Shown here: one piece after another, positions 39,509-54,643 of the stretch
Layout: every line of letters begins with the position of its first letter
Position numbering within the stretch: the stretch's first letter is position 1
Assembly (NCBI GenBank): GCA_951406725.2
Contig: OX597814.1
Coordinates: 15,314,001-15,378,000, forward strand
Reading direction: 5' to 3'
DNA: 64,000 bases
Source of the DNA: Octopus vulgaris
Taxonomy: Eukaryota
Program-made: the position numbers and the translations under genes
Notes under the pieces: model-generated
What the model was told of the DNA's origin: nothing
Database searches by the model: none
The model's input: the letters and a program-made list of their open reading frames with translations, nothing else

Positions 39509-40872
39509 ATGATGAGAATATTAATAATAAAGTTCACACGTTAGGACAAGTGCACAATTTATCTTTGGATGAAGCAGTCTATTAAACTAAATGACCCAGC
39601 ATTGTCTCAATACTGATAGTTATTTTATTGAACTTTGAAGGAGAAAACGTATAGCTGAACCCAAGGATTTCAAATGAAATTGTATGATAGTAGCCATACG
39701 ATAAGGAATTAACATGGACTAGTTCCACCAAGTTCACGAGCTGAAGCTTCTGCCAATATATAAAGGTTTATATTATCTATTAAACGGGGCCAAATTAACG
39801 GAAGTACTTGTCTTCACAAGATTTGAGAAGGGTCGATGTCCACATTGCAATCCAATAAAACACATGATGCATAAAGACACGATATGTTGTTGCATACTAT
39901 TTCTCTTGCATTTGCTGTTAATGCAATAGGCCGTTGACAGCTATTCGTCATAGATGTCACGCAATCCTGCTATCAATATTTGAGGTATTGATTGTGGTGT
40001 CTCTATGAATAATCAATCTCATCTCTTTTCGTCTCTTTCTCCCATTTTGTCTTCGCCATCCATCAGTCTTACTCTTTATCTCTCCCGAAATCTTTCTGCC
40101 TAAATACACACACACACACACACACACAAACACGCATATATTCATTTATATATAAGTATATATATGTGTGTGTGTGTGTGTGAATGCATGAAGATGTATG
40201 TCTTTATATGCATAATAGATGTGACGAACACAAAGCTGACGCCAGTGGGCTTTTATCTTCCGCGCACTCGAGCATCCACTGGCAAAATATTATTCAGAAC
40301 CAAGTCTAGCTATCAATATCTGAGAAGCATCAAACATGTTGCGTGCATGTGTTACTGGTTGATTCACTATTGTCATCTTTTCCAGGTGAACACCTCGTTG
40401 GAGATGAAATAAGTAGTTCGAAGACTAGCCGCAGGAGGGTAAAATTAGTCATTCAAGAGTAAAAAAGCCTGTCTACAAGGTATTAAATTTACCAGTGTCA
40501 GTGTGGTAAAGTGAAACCGAGGATATATAGGTGAAAAATAATCAGGGGAAGCTTCAAAAGGCACATGTCTACACACAAAAGCCCCTTACCGTCTCCAACA
40601 AAATATTTAGATATTCTGTGAGCGAAAGAATTTGAAATTTAAGCATTGGGATAGTGTTTTATAAGGATTTGGCTTTGAAGAAGACAACTACCATCGAAAT
40701 CGGTGGACGAGCAGAAGCATATTGAAAGAATTTTATAACCATACAGAAATATAGAGATGAATTCATACAATACATAAAATAAACAACAGATATATTAGCA
40801 TCTAAAATCATATGTGTGTAGATATGTATGTGCGAATATATATATATATATATATACATATATATATTTTTT

Positions 40873-41270
40873 TATTATATTAAATTAGAGATAAAACCAC
40901 TATTAAGCAAATCAAACAATGAAAAACTTAAGCCAATACATAAAATTAATTAATTTATATTATTTTAAATATATATCAAAATTATTAAAAGTTTAATAAA
41001 AGATAATGAGTAAAACACTACGACCGTTTCATGGCTGTCCATTTCGTAATAATTCGAGTTATGGTTACAGTCAATCTTTGATATATATTTAAAATAATAT
41101 AAATTAATTAATTTTATGTATTGGCTTAAGTTTTTCATTGTTTGATTTGCCTAATAGTGGTTTTATCTCTAATTTAATATAATATATTATTTTACCATAA
41201 AATTGGATTCAATCCTAAATCTGATTTTTCCCTGTAAGTTTGGATTTATTCCCTAATATTTTATTATATA
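40873..41270. mobile_element. Fold-back insert in (TA)n with 108-bp inverted arms
   Basis: 40873-40980 vs 41077-41184, one mismatch; spacer minus strand GAAACGGTCGTA. Confidence 0.75.
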
Positions 41271-41744
41271 TATATTTATATATATATGGCGGGAAGGGGT
41301 CTGTTTGTGTGTATGTGTGTGTCTGGTTCTGTGTATATGTGTGTGTATGTAATACATACATACCCATTGTGCATGTGAGTCAATTCCTATGTGGTGCGGT
41401 TGCGTAGATCTGTATATCTGCCTATATTCATATAACGGACTTAAAGTGGATAGAAAACGATACAGACTTACGATTAAAGGAGGACAGATTTATGCAAAGA
41501 GGTTGTACGAATAAATAACTGCATCAGCGAAATGATACTATATGTATCCTTTATCTCTTTAAGACTTAGGAGTAGGAGCAACACAAAAAAATTGAAAACA
41601 CAGATGAAAGTTTTTCACCAGTAATAGGTCTTATTACATTGAGAAAATTTTTAAAAAGGGTCTCTATATAAAAAGCAAAAAAACAACATCACCAATATTT
41701 GTAGATTTTCTTTCTATTATGCACACATAATACATTCATATATA

Positions 41745-41977
41745 TATTTCCTTATTAACCACAGGGTGCGAAACCCAGAGGAGACACACAAGGACAGACA
41801 AAGGTATTAAGTCGATTACATCGACCCCAGTGCATAACTGGTACTTAATATGTCGACCCCGAAAGGGTGAAAAGCAAAGTCGATCTCAGCGGAATTTGAA
41901 CTCAGAACGTAACAGCAGACGAACTATCGCTAAGCATTTCGCCCGGCATGGAAACGATTCTGCCAGCTCGACGCCCT
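41745..41977 (-). mobile_element. SINE family A1
   Basis: Family match. Confidence 0.88.
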
Positions 41978-42007
41978 TATGCCAGTGTATATATACATAC
42001 ATACATT

Positions 42008-42075
<68 letters not shown>

Positions 42076-42153
42076 TATATACATACATATATAAACATAT
42101 ACATACACACACACACATATATATTCATACATGTATGTATGTATGTACGTATG

Positions 42154-42289
<136 letters not shown>

Positions 42290-42632
42290 AGAGCATTTAG
42301 AAAAACCGTCATTATAATAGACATGCTATAAAATGTGAGTGTACATTTGTGAGTTTAGAATATAATTATCTATATTTTGAATATAAGCATTCCGAAGGTA
42401 CTACCGTTACAAATCTCATATCTTCTCTCGGTGTTTAGTATTTTATCTGGCACTCGCCCCACTGACTGCAATAGATCGTGAACCGATTGAACTTCTCTTG
42501 AGTTTATGTTCAATATAAAATTACACGCCTACACGCGCATATTCACAAGCATACCTACAGTATATTTCTGAATCCTTTTTTTTTACATTTAAAAGAGTAA
42601 ATACATAAGCTGCATAATCTACATAAGCTATA

Positions 42633-42724
<92 letters not shown>

Positions 42725-42854
42725 GAGAGAGAGAGACAGACAGACAGTGTGTGTGTCTGTGTCTGTGCGTGTAAGAGGAGAGAGATATTTTGCACGTACA
42801 TACATTTAAATATACACAGGTACATACCTATCTACCTATATATACATCCATGTC

Positions 42855-42889
<35 letters not shown>

Positions 42890-44050
42890 TTTAAAATCTG
42901 AAACCAATACGTAAAAACAATACATCAAAGAACGTTAAGAAAGACCGGTGTTATATTGATAGTTCAAAGAAAGTTATTAGCTTGGCAATAGTGTAAACGA
43001 GACGGTTATCCATGACTGTTTACATATCTAAATCATTAAATCCTAATAAATGAATTTCTAAGTACGTAACTCAAGCTAGTCTTTTTGAAGAACTTCAGAG
43101 CAGCAATCTTTCAAGAGCATCAGTGAAAGTAATGAGCTATTTTTAGATTTTACAGTAATTATTTCTTTTGGCTTTAGACTAAGCAGATACTAAGGCAAAC
43201 ATTTTCAGATGTGAGTTACAAGCGTGATGTCGACTTTCCCTCTTGGTACTGAAAACAACAGAGTGGATGTCTTTTAACTATGGTGAAGAAGCTGTTTGAA
43301 TATTATTGTCTGCTTTAAAAAATGAATAGTAATCTTTTGTTTGGTCTACTCTGCATTTCATTGATGACATTGTTTGCAATCTATGCAGTATTAATTACAC
43401 AGTCCTCTGGAGAAAGGCGTTCCAGTTGTCTGTATTGTCTTTTAGGAATATGTAAAATTATCTGTAGTGAGCTTGTGATTTTTAAGAGGCGAGAAGAAAA
43501 TTGAGTCGCAAGCTCCTCTTAATCTGACATCGACAGAAGAATACGATGCAAACTACAAATAGGGCTTCGCATCAAGAAAACAATTGACTTTCATTTTGAT
43601 GATTGGGAATCTCTATAATTGAAAGTAACAAAAAAGAAAAGGAAAAAGAAAAATTATTCCCCATGGATTTTCGTAGCTTAAAACCTCATTTGGTGAATAT
43701 CGCATGCAATCACACTTAATGTACTAAAATGCGAGCTGGCAGAAACGTTAGCACATCCGGGCGAAATGCTTAGCGGTAACCTTTAAATAAAAGAAATCAC
43801 TTAATGTACTAAAATTTCTTTCTGAGTTAGAACCAAAATCAGAAAACTATTGACTGTTGTTCGTATGACGTTAGCAGTTGAATAGATAATTCGAAAAATT
43901 TAAGGAATTTATATTTCTCAATGGAGCCAATGCTCTATATTCTATTTCAGTTTATTAATCAGAAGCACATTCACATAAATATGTGTGTGAGTGAGAGTGT
44001 GTGCCTGTGTATCTGTATGTGTGTGCGTGTGTGTGTCTGCATCGATGTAT

Positions 44051-44091
<41 letters not shown>

Positions 44092-44394
44092 CTAGGACAC
44101 ACGCGCGCACACACACATACACTCACATAGTGCTAGGTTAAAGCTAATTGATTTACTATACGCATCTCGACAACAATACAGTCTCGACATTTTCTATGCC
44201 CAATGGACCAGCCATTCAGACAAAATAATACTAAGAAGACGTAATCATCGATTAGGAAGTCAGTTTTGCTCCATACAATTTTACAGGCCAGAAGCCACAA
44301 CTACATTAAATATGACTTGTTTCACTTCATTTTATCTATGTACCTGTAAAAGGAATTAATTTCTACCAGTAAATTATGCAGTGTTAACTAAGAC

Positions 44395-44530
44395 AGGATT
44401 CCACCGTGGTCGATCTTGCCTTTCATTCTTTCGGGGTCGACGAAATAAATACCAATCAATTTATAGGGTCGATGTAAAGGACTTTGCCCCAACTCCCAAA
44501 ATTTCAGGCCTTGTTCCTATATCGAAAGTA
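44395..44530 (+). mobile_element. SINE family A (A2 tail), 5'-truncated
   Basis: GCCTTTCATTCTTTCGGGGTCGA core; AAAATTTCAGGCCTTGT tail. Confidence 0.75.
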
Positions 44531-44668
44531 TTATTAAATTGTAGGAGAAAATGTACATTAATACTCAGGTTTCCTTAAATACCGTTATATACAATTGTTT
44601 CTCGATATAATTTACCGTTTATATCCTGTAAAACGTGTGTGATGCGCTTTTCTTCTAATGTCGTATGA

Positions 44669-45055
44669 GAGAGGAAGCACTCCGTCGGTTACGACGACGA
44701 GCGTTCCGTTTGATCCGAATCAACGGAACAGCCTGCTCGTGAAATTAACGTGTAAGTGGCTGAGCACTCCACAGACACGTGTATCCTTAACGTAATTCTC
44801 GGGGATATTCAGCGTGACACAGAGAGTGACAAGGCCGGCCCTTTAAAATACAGGTACAAGAGAAACAGGAAGAAAGAGCGAGGTAAAGTTGTGGTGAAAG
44901 AGTACAGCAGGGATCACCACCATCCCTGCCGGAGCCTCGTGGAGCTTTAGGTGTTTTCGCTCAATAAACACTCACAACGCCCGGTCTGGGAATCGAAACC
45001 GCAATCCTACAACCGCGAGTCCGCTGCCCTAACCACTGGGCCATTGCGCCTCCAC
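44669..45055 (-). mobile_element. SINE family C with tail i, full length, 12-bp TSD
   Basis: AATGTCGTATGA at 44657-44668 and 45056-45067; intact A and B boxes. Confidence 0.93.
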
Positions 45056-45675
45056 AATGTCGTATGATCGTGCTTATAAATCTGGAATCTATATGTATAA
45101 ATTAGTAAATTCATATAACACCGAATAACTTGAAGTTTAGGGGACAGAGAGGCATGCATAGATCATTAAATTTCTATGGCAAATGAGTAAAGGAATAAAA
45201 ATGTCTTTGAAGTGAATCTACTTTAGGGTCTTGAATAGTAAACCCTGGTTTCATTTTGAAAATGATAGTATAGGGAAAATAAAGCGACAATACATTATCT
45301 TGTAATGTTCTTCCATATTATACAAAAGACGTTCTAACAGCGACAATTCGTTCACTGCTAATAAGATCTGACCTAATGTGACTTTACTCAGATGCTATTT
45401 CATTCATTTGGGATGTGCTTCAGAGTGCACCAGGAACATTACAGATTATGTGACATTGATGTTAGATGTGGCTGATTTTAAGTAAATGGTATGTTGGAAC
45501 TGTTTCTGATGTATATCTCGATTGTTGACGAAAGGAACCATCTCATTTCGGCATTGGATAATTAAGGCTGAGTGGACGACATAAAATCTTTTCCTGTGCT
45601 GTTGTGTGGGTGTGGCTAGAAGAGCTCGGCATCAGTGAATATATGTGTGTATACACAAACGTATATGAATCCTCG

Positions 45676-45860
<185 letters not shown>

Positions 45861-46239
45861 ATCTGTCTGTCTGTCGTATAGGTATCTACACATATTTGTA
45901 TGTGTATATGTGTGTGTTTGTATATTTGTATATATTATACATACACATATACATGTGTCTGTGTGTGTCTGTGTGTGTGTGTGCGTGCGTGCGTGAGTGC
46001 TTGTGTATGTATAAACCTAAAAGTCGGAATACTTCGGTTGGCAAGACACAAAATGTGGTAACATTAGTATTCCAGAAACCCTTGCGCCAATTAACCGAGT
46101 GCTTTATGTACAGGATGTTGGTGTAAAAGAGAGAAGTTGTTTACCTGTGACATACACAACGCCAGCTAGCATAATACTATCTGAATCTATCGGAAAGTAT
46201 TGAGAATAATAACGTTATAACGTTCATATATCGTTGCAT

Positions 46240-47465
46240 GTATCTTCTATTTTCTAATTATGATATACCCTCCACCGAGGAGGGAGCCAGTTTCCAACAA
46301 AGATACAAGGCACCATCATTGGGATGTAGTTAACACAGAGAAACTTACATTTGAAATCTGGGAAAAGTCTTGCATATTTTTTACTGTACCACTCACATAT
46401 TGCACTTGTAATGTACGAATTAGCCGGTCGATTTCTCTTCCTGAAAATCCCAGTTTATCCAGATTCTCCTTTAAGCATTTACCAACAAAACCTAGTAGTA
46501 TTATTGGTGCGAATATGAATTCGTAATCTGGATATAGTAGTTGGAAGTTTCTAAGAAGTTTCATAGATATCCTATTTATTTTTCATTTTCAAAGATATAC
46601 TTATATCTGCAGGGTAGTTGACCTCTATGATAGTACATACCTTTGCAGACTCGTTAGCACGCCGGGCGAAATGCGTAGCCGTATTTCGTCTGCCATTACG
46701 TTCTGAGTTCAAATTCCGCCGAGGTCGACTTTGCCTTTCATCCTTTCAGGGTCGATGAATTAAGTACCAGTTACGCCCTGGTGTCGATATAATCGAAATA
46801 ATCCGTTTGTCAACCTCTCTGTTTAGCCCCTTGTGGGCAGTAGTGAAATACATACCTTTGCCTCTCTGTCCCAAACAACAATAATCGGCCTGTTATGTTT
46901 ACATTTGCCGGAATTTAATGGGAATATTCCACCAGTATTCCTTGAGTTGGTGTTTATGAATGTATTCCATAACAGAGGGTTTTTCTAAGTTTATTTCAGA
47001 ACAGTCTTTTTGCAGATTGTATTGTAAGTTGTTTTAGCGATAACATTGTGCCGCATAGGGAGGTAGTAGCATGATGACACTTCAGAATGGCTGCTAATCA
47101 CATGCGTGATGTCTTCCAGAAGAATGACATAGCCTGCACATGCGGTTGCACCTTGAGATTACAAGAGCGTCAATGTCTCTCTTGTCCCAGAATTGCAAAC
47201 GAATAGCCTTCAAAGTGTGATGTGATGTAGTGGTCTGGTGCCCAAGAAAGGCCGCGTTTCGTGTCAATTCTACTGTCTTCTTCAGGCTTCTGGGCAACAT
47301 ACCAATGCATAGTCTTTATTTTTTGTATGCTGGTCTTCTCTTTTCCATCCAGGTTTTCTCTCAGGTAAGAGAACCCAGCTATTTTGGGGCTGTATAGGAG
47401 CTCATCAGGATGAGAGTGCTTTTTGAGGAGCTCAATGCAAACTTGTATAATGTTGCTCACTCTAC
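46240..47465 (-). mobile_element. 5'-truncated R4/Dong-like LINE (copy 2) with zinc-knuckle and RLE domain
   Basis: YITSHFEGYSFAI, CRLCHSS, frameshifted HNRP/IVVWDR, IIEVNYPAD, LRNFQLLYPDYEFIFAPII..GFV; homologous to 1819-3322; 5' end abuts (CATA)n. Confidence 0.85.
46647..46848 (+). mobile_element. SINE family A1 nested in the LINE, 13-bp TSD
   Basis: TACATACCTTTGC at 46634-46646 and 46849-46861. Confidence 0.92.
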
Positions 47466-47466
<1 letters not shown>

Positions 47467-47496
<30 letters not shown>

Positions 47497-47802
47497 TGTA
47501 TGTATGTATGTATGTATGTATGTATGTATGTATGTACGTACGTATGTATGTATGTATGTATGCACGTATGTATGTATGTATGTATTATTGTATGTGTGTA
47601 TGTATGTATGTATGTATGTATGTATGTATGTATGTATGTATGTACGTACGTACGTACGTATGTATGTATGTATGTATGTATGTATGTATGTATGTATGTA
47701 TGTATGTATGTACGTACGTACGTATGTATGTATGTATGTATGTATGTATGTATGTATGTATGTATGTATGTATGTACGTATGTATGTATGTATATACGTA
47801 TG

Positions 47803-47836
<34 letters not shown>

Positions 47837-47845
47837 TGTATATAT
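47467..47845. repeat. (TATG)n microsatellite with TACG variants
   Basis: About 380 bp tandem array. Confidence 0.97.
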
Positions 47846-48603
47846 ACCGCAAAAAAATGATATTTGTCAGAAATATATCGAAAAGAAAAGTGTAAAAGTA
47901 AAACGAAAATAACTTCATGACATCCGCTTCAGTTACCTCACCAAGATTTGGTGGATATGAAGACAGGGCTAGCAAAAAATCCTAACATATTAATACAAAC
48001 AGTGAAAGCAAAAATATTCACTTCTGATTTCATAAACATATACTTGTTTACGTATTCGATTCGCCATCTCTTCGCTCTTCCTGATCTTTCTCATTATATT
48101 TCTCGGTTTATATATGTGTGTGTGTGTTTGTATGTATGTATGTGTGTGTATGTGTGTGCGTGTATCTATGTATATATTTATAAACATTGCATAAAATGTA
48201 CGGTAACTATACGTTTGTGCTTATATGCTATAATCTTTTTATGAATAAATAACTACAAAACAACATGGGAAGCCTTTGCTTTTCTTTGATACCCTAGATT
48301 CTTAGTATCTAATAAAATACTTTGGTTGTATATTGTAGCATAACATGTGTGTGTATATATATGACTACATGCATATTTATATACAATATGTTATTATAAT
48401 ATTACATACTTTATTCAATACTAATAGGAAAATGAAAATAATGTATATGTGTGTTTCGATGTATTCATGAATTCATAAATAACACTACTTGATAAATACG
48501 AAATCATATGATTACTATATAAATCTTATTTGCTATCGAGATTTATATGTACCTGTTTGCGTGTGCGAAATAGTACGCTTCTGTCTTCATATACATATGT
48601 ATA

Positions 48604-48645
<42 letters not shown>

Positions 48646-48761
48646 TCAATATATATTTCTATCTATCTATCTATCTATCTATTCATACATGCATACATAT
48701 ACATATATTTATATATTTATATATGTATATAAATATATATGTATATATATATATATATGTA

Positions 48762-48809
<48 letters not shown>

Positions 48810-48889
48810 TTAAGTAAATATTTATGGGTAAATTTATATGTATGTACTTATTGTATATTCATGTATAATGTGTTTATACACCCCAACCC

Positions 48890-48931
<42 letters not shown>

Positions 48932-49369
48932 CAATAATAATATAGTATATATATACAATAATATATATATATATAATACAATAATAAATACAGTACAGAC
49001 AGTAACCTATAACATATGCAAAGCGTAGTGACAACAAATTGCAATTTTCAAGTAATATTGTGGCCATACGAATTCCTCTCGGGCCACGATAGTAAATTCA
49101 TTAACAATACCAATAATAACATTATAAGAATACTTTAGTGAAATGCACTATAGGACTAATAAATATCAATATTAAAATTCATACCGTGGACATTCGAGAA
49201 TGCCAGGAGTAGATCAGTGAAAGAGATACAAATATTTGATAGATTACATGTTGTGATTTAACCATCCCTTATTATCAATTACGTCACCAATATCAATAGA
49301 CATTTAACTGTCTGGCTACTTCTGTTAATCTATCGTCAAGCAATTAAGCATGCGAATTTACATACATAA

Positions 49370-49450
<81 letters not shown>

Positions 49451-49463
49451 CATATATATAGAA

Positions 49464-49680
49464 AGGCGGCGAGCTGGCAGACTCGTTAGCACGCCGGACG
49501 AAATGCGTAGCCGTATTTCGTCTGCCGTTACGTTCTGAGTTCAAATTCCGCCGAGGTCGACTTTGCCTTTCATCCTTTCGGGGTCGATAAACTAAGTACC
49601 AGTTACGCCCTGGAGTCGATGTAATCGACATAATCCGTTTGTCCCCTCTGTGTTTACCCCCTTGTGGGCAGTAGTGAAAT
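49464..49680 (+). mobile_element. SINE family A1, full length
   Basis: Family match; shares GCAGACTCGTTAGC and GGCAGTAGTGAAAT variants with the 46647 copy. Confidence 0.92.
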
Positions 49681-49883
49681 ACATATATATATATATATAC
49701 ATACATGAAATCATTCATTTAAACAAGCATACATACATACATACATACATACATGTATGTATGTATGTATGTATGTATGTATGTATGTATGTATGTATGT
49801 ATGTATGTATGTATGTATGTATGTATGTATGTATGTATGTATGTACGTATGTATGTGTGTGTGCATGTGTGCGTGGGTGCGTG

Positions 49884-49992
49884 ATTATTCAGTTTTATTT
49901 GAAGATTTCTGGCCAGTAGAGAATGAGCCGGTTTCTAACCTAGATCCAAGGCTCCTTTATTAGAATTTCAACATCAACAACAGGGTATTTTT
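49884..49992 (-). mobile_element. Solo 3' UTR of the R4/Dong-like family (copy 3) between TATG repeats
   Basis: GAGCCGGTTTCTAACCTAGATCCAAGGCTCC resembles GAGCCAGTTTCCAACAAAGATACAAGGCACC at about 46284-46314. Confidence 0.65.
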
Positions 49993-50934
49993 GTATGTAT
50001 ATACAAGTACAGCTTTGTATTTTTTGCTTTATGGATGTCTTCTCATGCATATACTCGCATATCTACAGACGCTCATATATGTATGTTTGTATGTATGTAT
50101 GTATGTATGTATGTATTTGTGTGTGTATGTACGTGTGTGTGTATACATGTATGTCTGTATGTAAGTAGGCTTCGTTAATGCTTTTACGATAAGGTTTTTA
50201 CTTTACAATCTGTAAGATGCAGGTGATACAAATTACTCTAAAAAAAATGTCATGCATTTGTTTATTGTATTTTGTATTAAATGCCCAATCTTATACAAAA
50301 AGATAAATTATCTGTCAGCATTAAGAGTTTTATAAAAGTACCTAAATTTTAGAAGTCATTATTATCAATTTAAGTGAGTTAGGAGTTGATTAGAAACAGA
50401 AGATTTTGTAGAATACTGATTTATTACAATTTCGAAGCTGTCATTTTCCCGATGGTGTCTTTAAGAATGATATACGAATTTAACATTTATATATTTTCTG
50501 GTTTAATAGTTATCTATTTGAATAAAATAAATAGTATATGTGTCGATCAGTTCAAAATTGCTTGTTCCTCACAAAAGTAGTTTTTCTGCAAAAATTACCC
50601 TAATAATATGTTTCAGGAAAGATCGATTATTGAATTATATATATACAAGGTTTTGGAATTCTGTCAGCTGCATCGTGTCATTTCACCAAACCCTTAGTCT
50701 CAATATATGTAAGTAACATATATATATATATAAAAGAAGAATATATTAATAATCATTGATAACTAATACAACCGTAGATAAATAATCTCTTAATATAAAA
50801 CAGAATAGAAATATTAAATTATCAATGAAAAGGAAACAAATTTCAAAGAATGAAGAGTAGGAAATGAATTTATGTTGGGTCATTATTATATATCCACGAA
50901 TGTAGGCGTGTGAAAATTTGTGTGTATATGTGTG

Positions 50935-50972
<38 letters not shown>

Positions 50973-51092
50973 TATATATGAATATATATATATATATATA
51001 TATTTACATACATACATACATGAACACATATATATATATACATATAAATATATGTATATAGATTTGTACATTGACATATATATATGCATACC

Positions 51093-51171
<79 letters not shown>

Positions 51172-51829
51172 GTACATCTGTGTGTGTGTGTATGTATATG
51201 GGTTTCTTTATCGGAGAGCAAGAAATGAAAAAGATAGGACAAGATGAGATAAGATGAAAAGAACTCAACTGATATTGGAGGATATCCTAATCTCAGTTTA
51301 TTGCTCTGAATAATCAATGAAACTTTCTATTATACACACCCCATCCCCTTCCTCCTTTTGTGCAAGTGTGTGTGCATACATGTAGACACATTTACTCATA
51401 TATACATTAATGCACACACAAACACTCACACATACACATACACACATACGTATATAAACACAATATTAAATAAGAAAGAATCAATACAAAATTGCACAGT
51501 GCAATATAAATACACATACATCTTTATTATTTACCTGGATAATCTGTCGACGCATTATTGCTTGTTGTCTCGCCATTAGAGTGCTCCTCGGGTAATGCTC
51601 TTCATTCAAAATTATATAATACTTCTTAGCAAAAAACATGTGGTAATGAAGCAAATCGTGCCCTTTTATTCCTGTTTGGATTATGTAATGTGTTTTCACA
51701 CTGGTAATGATGTTAGTGGTCTATGTGTTTGTGTTCCTCTTTGTGCTTTTCTATATTATCTATGTTATTGTGTTTCTCTTTCTGCTTTTCAATGATCTTT
51801 ATGCTTTAGTATGAGAATATCTTATGTTT

Positions 51830-52048
51830 CATTTGTTTCAGTCCCTGGACTGTGGCCATACTGGGCCACTGCCTTGATGAATTTAGTCGAACAATTCAGT
51901 ACCAGTACTTATTTTTCTTTTCAAGCCTGGTGCTTATACTATCGGTGCCTTTTGACGAACCGCTAACTGACAGAGATGTAAATAAACCAATATCAGTTGC
52001 CTAGTGGTGAGAACGAAGAAACGCACCCAAAGACTCTCACACACATAC

Positions 52049-52101
<53 letters not shown>

Positions 52102-52250
52102 AACACACAATTTTGTCTTCCAAGTCCAATCATAAGGCTATTGTCAGCCAGGGGCTATAGAAGAAGACACTTGTCTAAGTTGCCATGCAGTGATGCTGAA
52201 TCCGGAACTATGTGGTTAGGAAACAAAGTACTTACCGCACAGCCCCGCTT
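51830..52250 (-). mobile_element. SINE family B, older copy
   Basis: Degenerate family B match with internal (CA)n. Confidence 0.8.
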
Positions 52251-54565
52251 CAACCTATATCGTCAACGACCTTATAAATATTAATACTACTAAATAGAGA
52301 GGGCAAAATGTAGAACACGAAAATGTAGTTCTCTTACTTTGAGATTAATTCCAGTCCAGGGAAAATGCATATTAAATAAATTTCATACACTTCTCATGTG
52401 ATATCTAACATTAAGCATAACAATATTGATGATAAGGTACAACATATACCGAGGTTTTAGAACTAGCAATATACACCAAATTATTCAATGGCAAACCTTA
52501 GATAAAGCGTCAAATTATACGGAATCACATGCTTTCTGTAGCCTTTGCATCTTAGCAAATGCTATCGATCTTGATACATCAAAATAAAATGCTGAATAAA
52601 GAAGCCCAATCGGTTTCACCAGTCCTTGATATTTTCAGTTCCTATATTTTCGTGCTGAACAAAAAATTACGCTAGGCTGGTGTCATCCATATAGAGAGAT
52701 CTCCCGTGCCATTCTCAAATATATACATATTATATACAAACTCAAAACACTTTATTCTATTATTAATTCAAGTATATATTCAATAATTTAACTCGGAAAG
52801 CTCAGTCGTAGCAGATGCATACATTCATGCAACTATGCCCCACTCAACGAGCAGAGAAAGACATCAATACACTAATATATATACTAGCAATAATACAATC
52901 CTTAATAACCCACCTCAAATAATACTTAATTCAAACCAAAATCCTACAGCCGTAATTATGCGACAGCAAATAATAGCCCTAATATCACCTCCCAATCCAA
53001 TACAAATACAAATTACGCTTTAGGTTCTCACACACTAACAACAAACCAACCAAGTTCAATCTTACTAGAAGTAAACCACAACCACAGAGCAGGTAGAAAT
53101 ACTTACAATTGTTGCGCATGAAAATTATGGTCTCTTGCAGACTTCTGTCGGCGCAAAAATATGATATACAACTGCTGTGTTATAACACACCGCTCCTACC
53201 AAGCAAGCGTATATATACTTTGAATGCTTAAAATTCTTTAAAAAATTAAACCAAATTCCACTCCACATTCCGTTGGGACACGCTGTATCACTTATACTTA
53301 TTTTGCAAATAATATTTATTGCTTATTTACAGTTCATACCACATGTTCATGAAACTAACTGAGGCATCGAATTTAGAAATAGTTTACAGGTTTCATTGTT
53401 TATGTTCGATTACTTTGAATATTGATTTTTTGTGTGTCCAATTTCTAAGTTTCGCAGACAGTATCACCTTTATACTTTATTTCACACGTGAGTAGAACTC
53501 ATGTCTGGAAACCTCGTGACATACTTAGTTGAAAAAGTCGACAAAAGGCCCCTCCAGTGAATCCTTCTATCTACTATATATTACTAATATCTTATTTAAA
53601 CAACCCAAGGGAAATAACCCACACCACTTGCAGATTTTAGCGAAGCGATCAATATTTGATTCTCACGATCAGCCGACTTAATTCTGCATTTCACTACTCA
53701 GTTTTCAACTGCTAATCATTATTATTGCACTTTCTTGATTTGAATCTTAAACCTTAAAGACTTCATTCGTACATTTCTATAAATACATACCTTTTTGAAT
53801 GTCCACTACTCCGATAATCCTGCATTTTTACAGTTACACTTTTACATGACAGAAGATAATTTTTTTTTATTCCACAACGTATTTGCGGTGGCTTCATGTT
53901 AGATTAGCGTGGATACGATCATCAATTGCCAAATTTCACTTAACACTTCAACAGCGCTTTTCTCACTGGAAAACAATAGTTTTTCTGTGAATAACAGCAG
54001 TTATACATTCCCAGATGACTTCGCTAAGCAGAATAATGTCTTTGCCACATGACCATCGTAACCTCTTCTAAGCCACCAGGAGCTGGAATGGAGATAATAG
54101 ACCTCCAAGGAAATCATTTGTTCCCAACAATATTTCTAACCTTCAGGTTGCTTTTCAATAGTTATAAAAATGAGAACTTTGTAAGCTAAAGGCAGTTACT
54201 GAGAGCGACCATCAGTGAGTGGGAACGGTAATATTGCACTGTCTTCATTTCATTCTTAAACAGTGAACACTTCATTCATTTATTTATATACATATAAACT
54301 ACATTTATATTTTACTTTTAGTAAATTAACCTTCATAGATTTCACCTTTATAAATAAATTAGCCTTCATACGAGTGAGAGTACTTTCTCGCCAACCTCCA
54401 ACAATCTCTCCCTCCTCCAGCTGATAGTTTTTTGTACTTGTTCGCGACGGAAAATAAACCTTTTGTGGCAGTTATAACGAAATTGCTTTTTTATATCAGA
54501 GTAATAAGGTGTTTCAATAGAACATCTTTACTCCAGGAATTACCGGGTACACCAGCTAGTATATA

Positions 54566-54643
<78 letters not shown>

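Noticed and set aside
40386-40462. Possible plus-strand exon after TCATCTTTTCCAG (EHLVGDEISSSKTSRRR)
   Set aside because: Short, with no recognisable domain and a weak donor; unsupported without transcript data.
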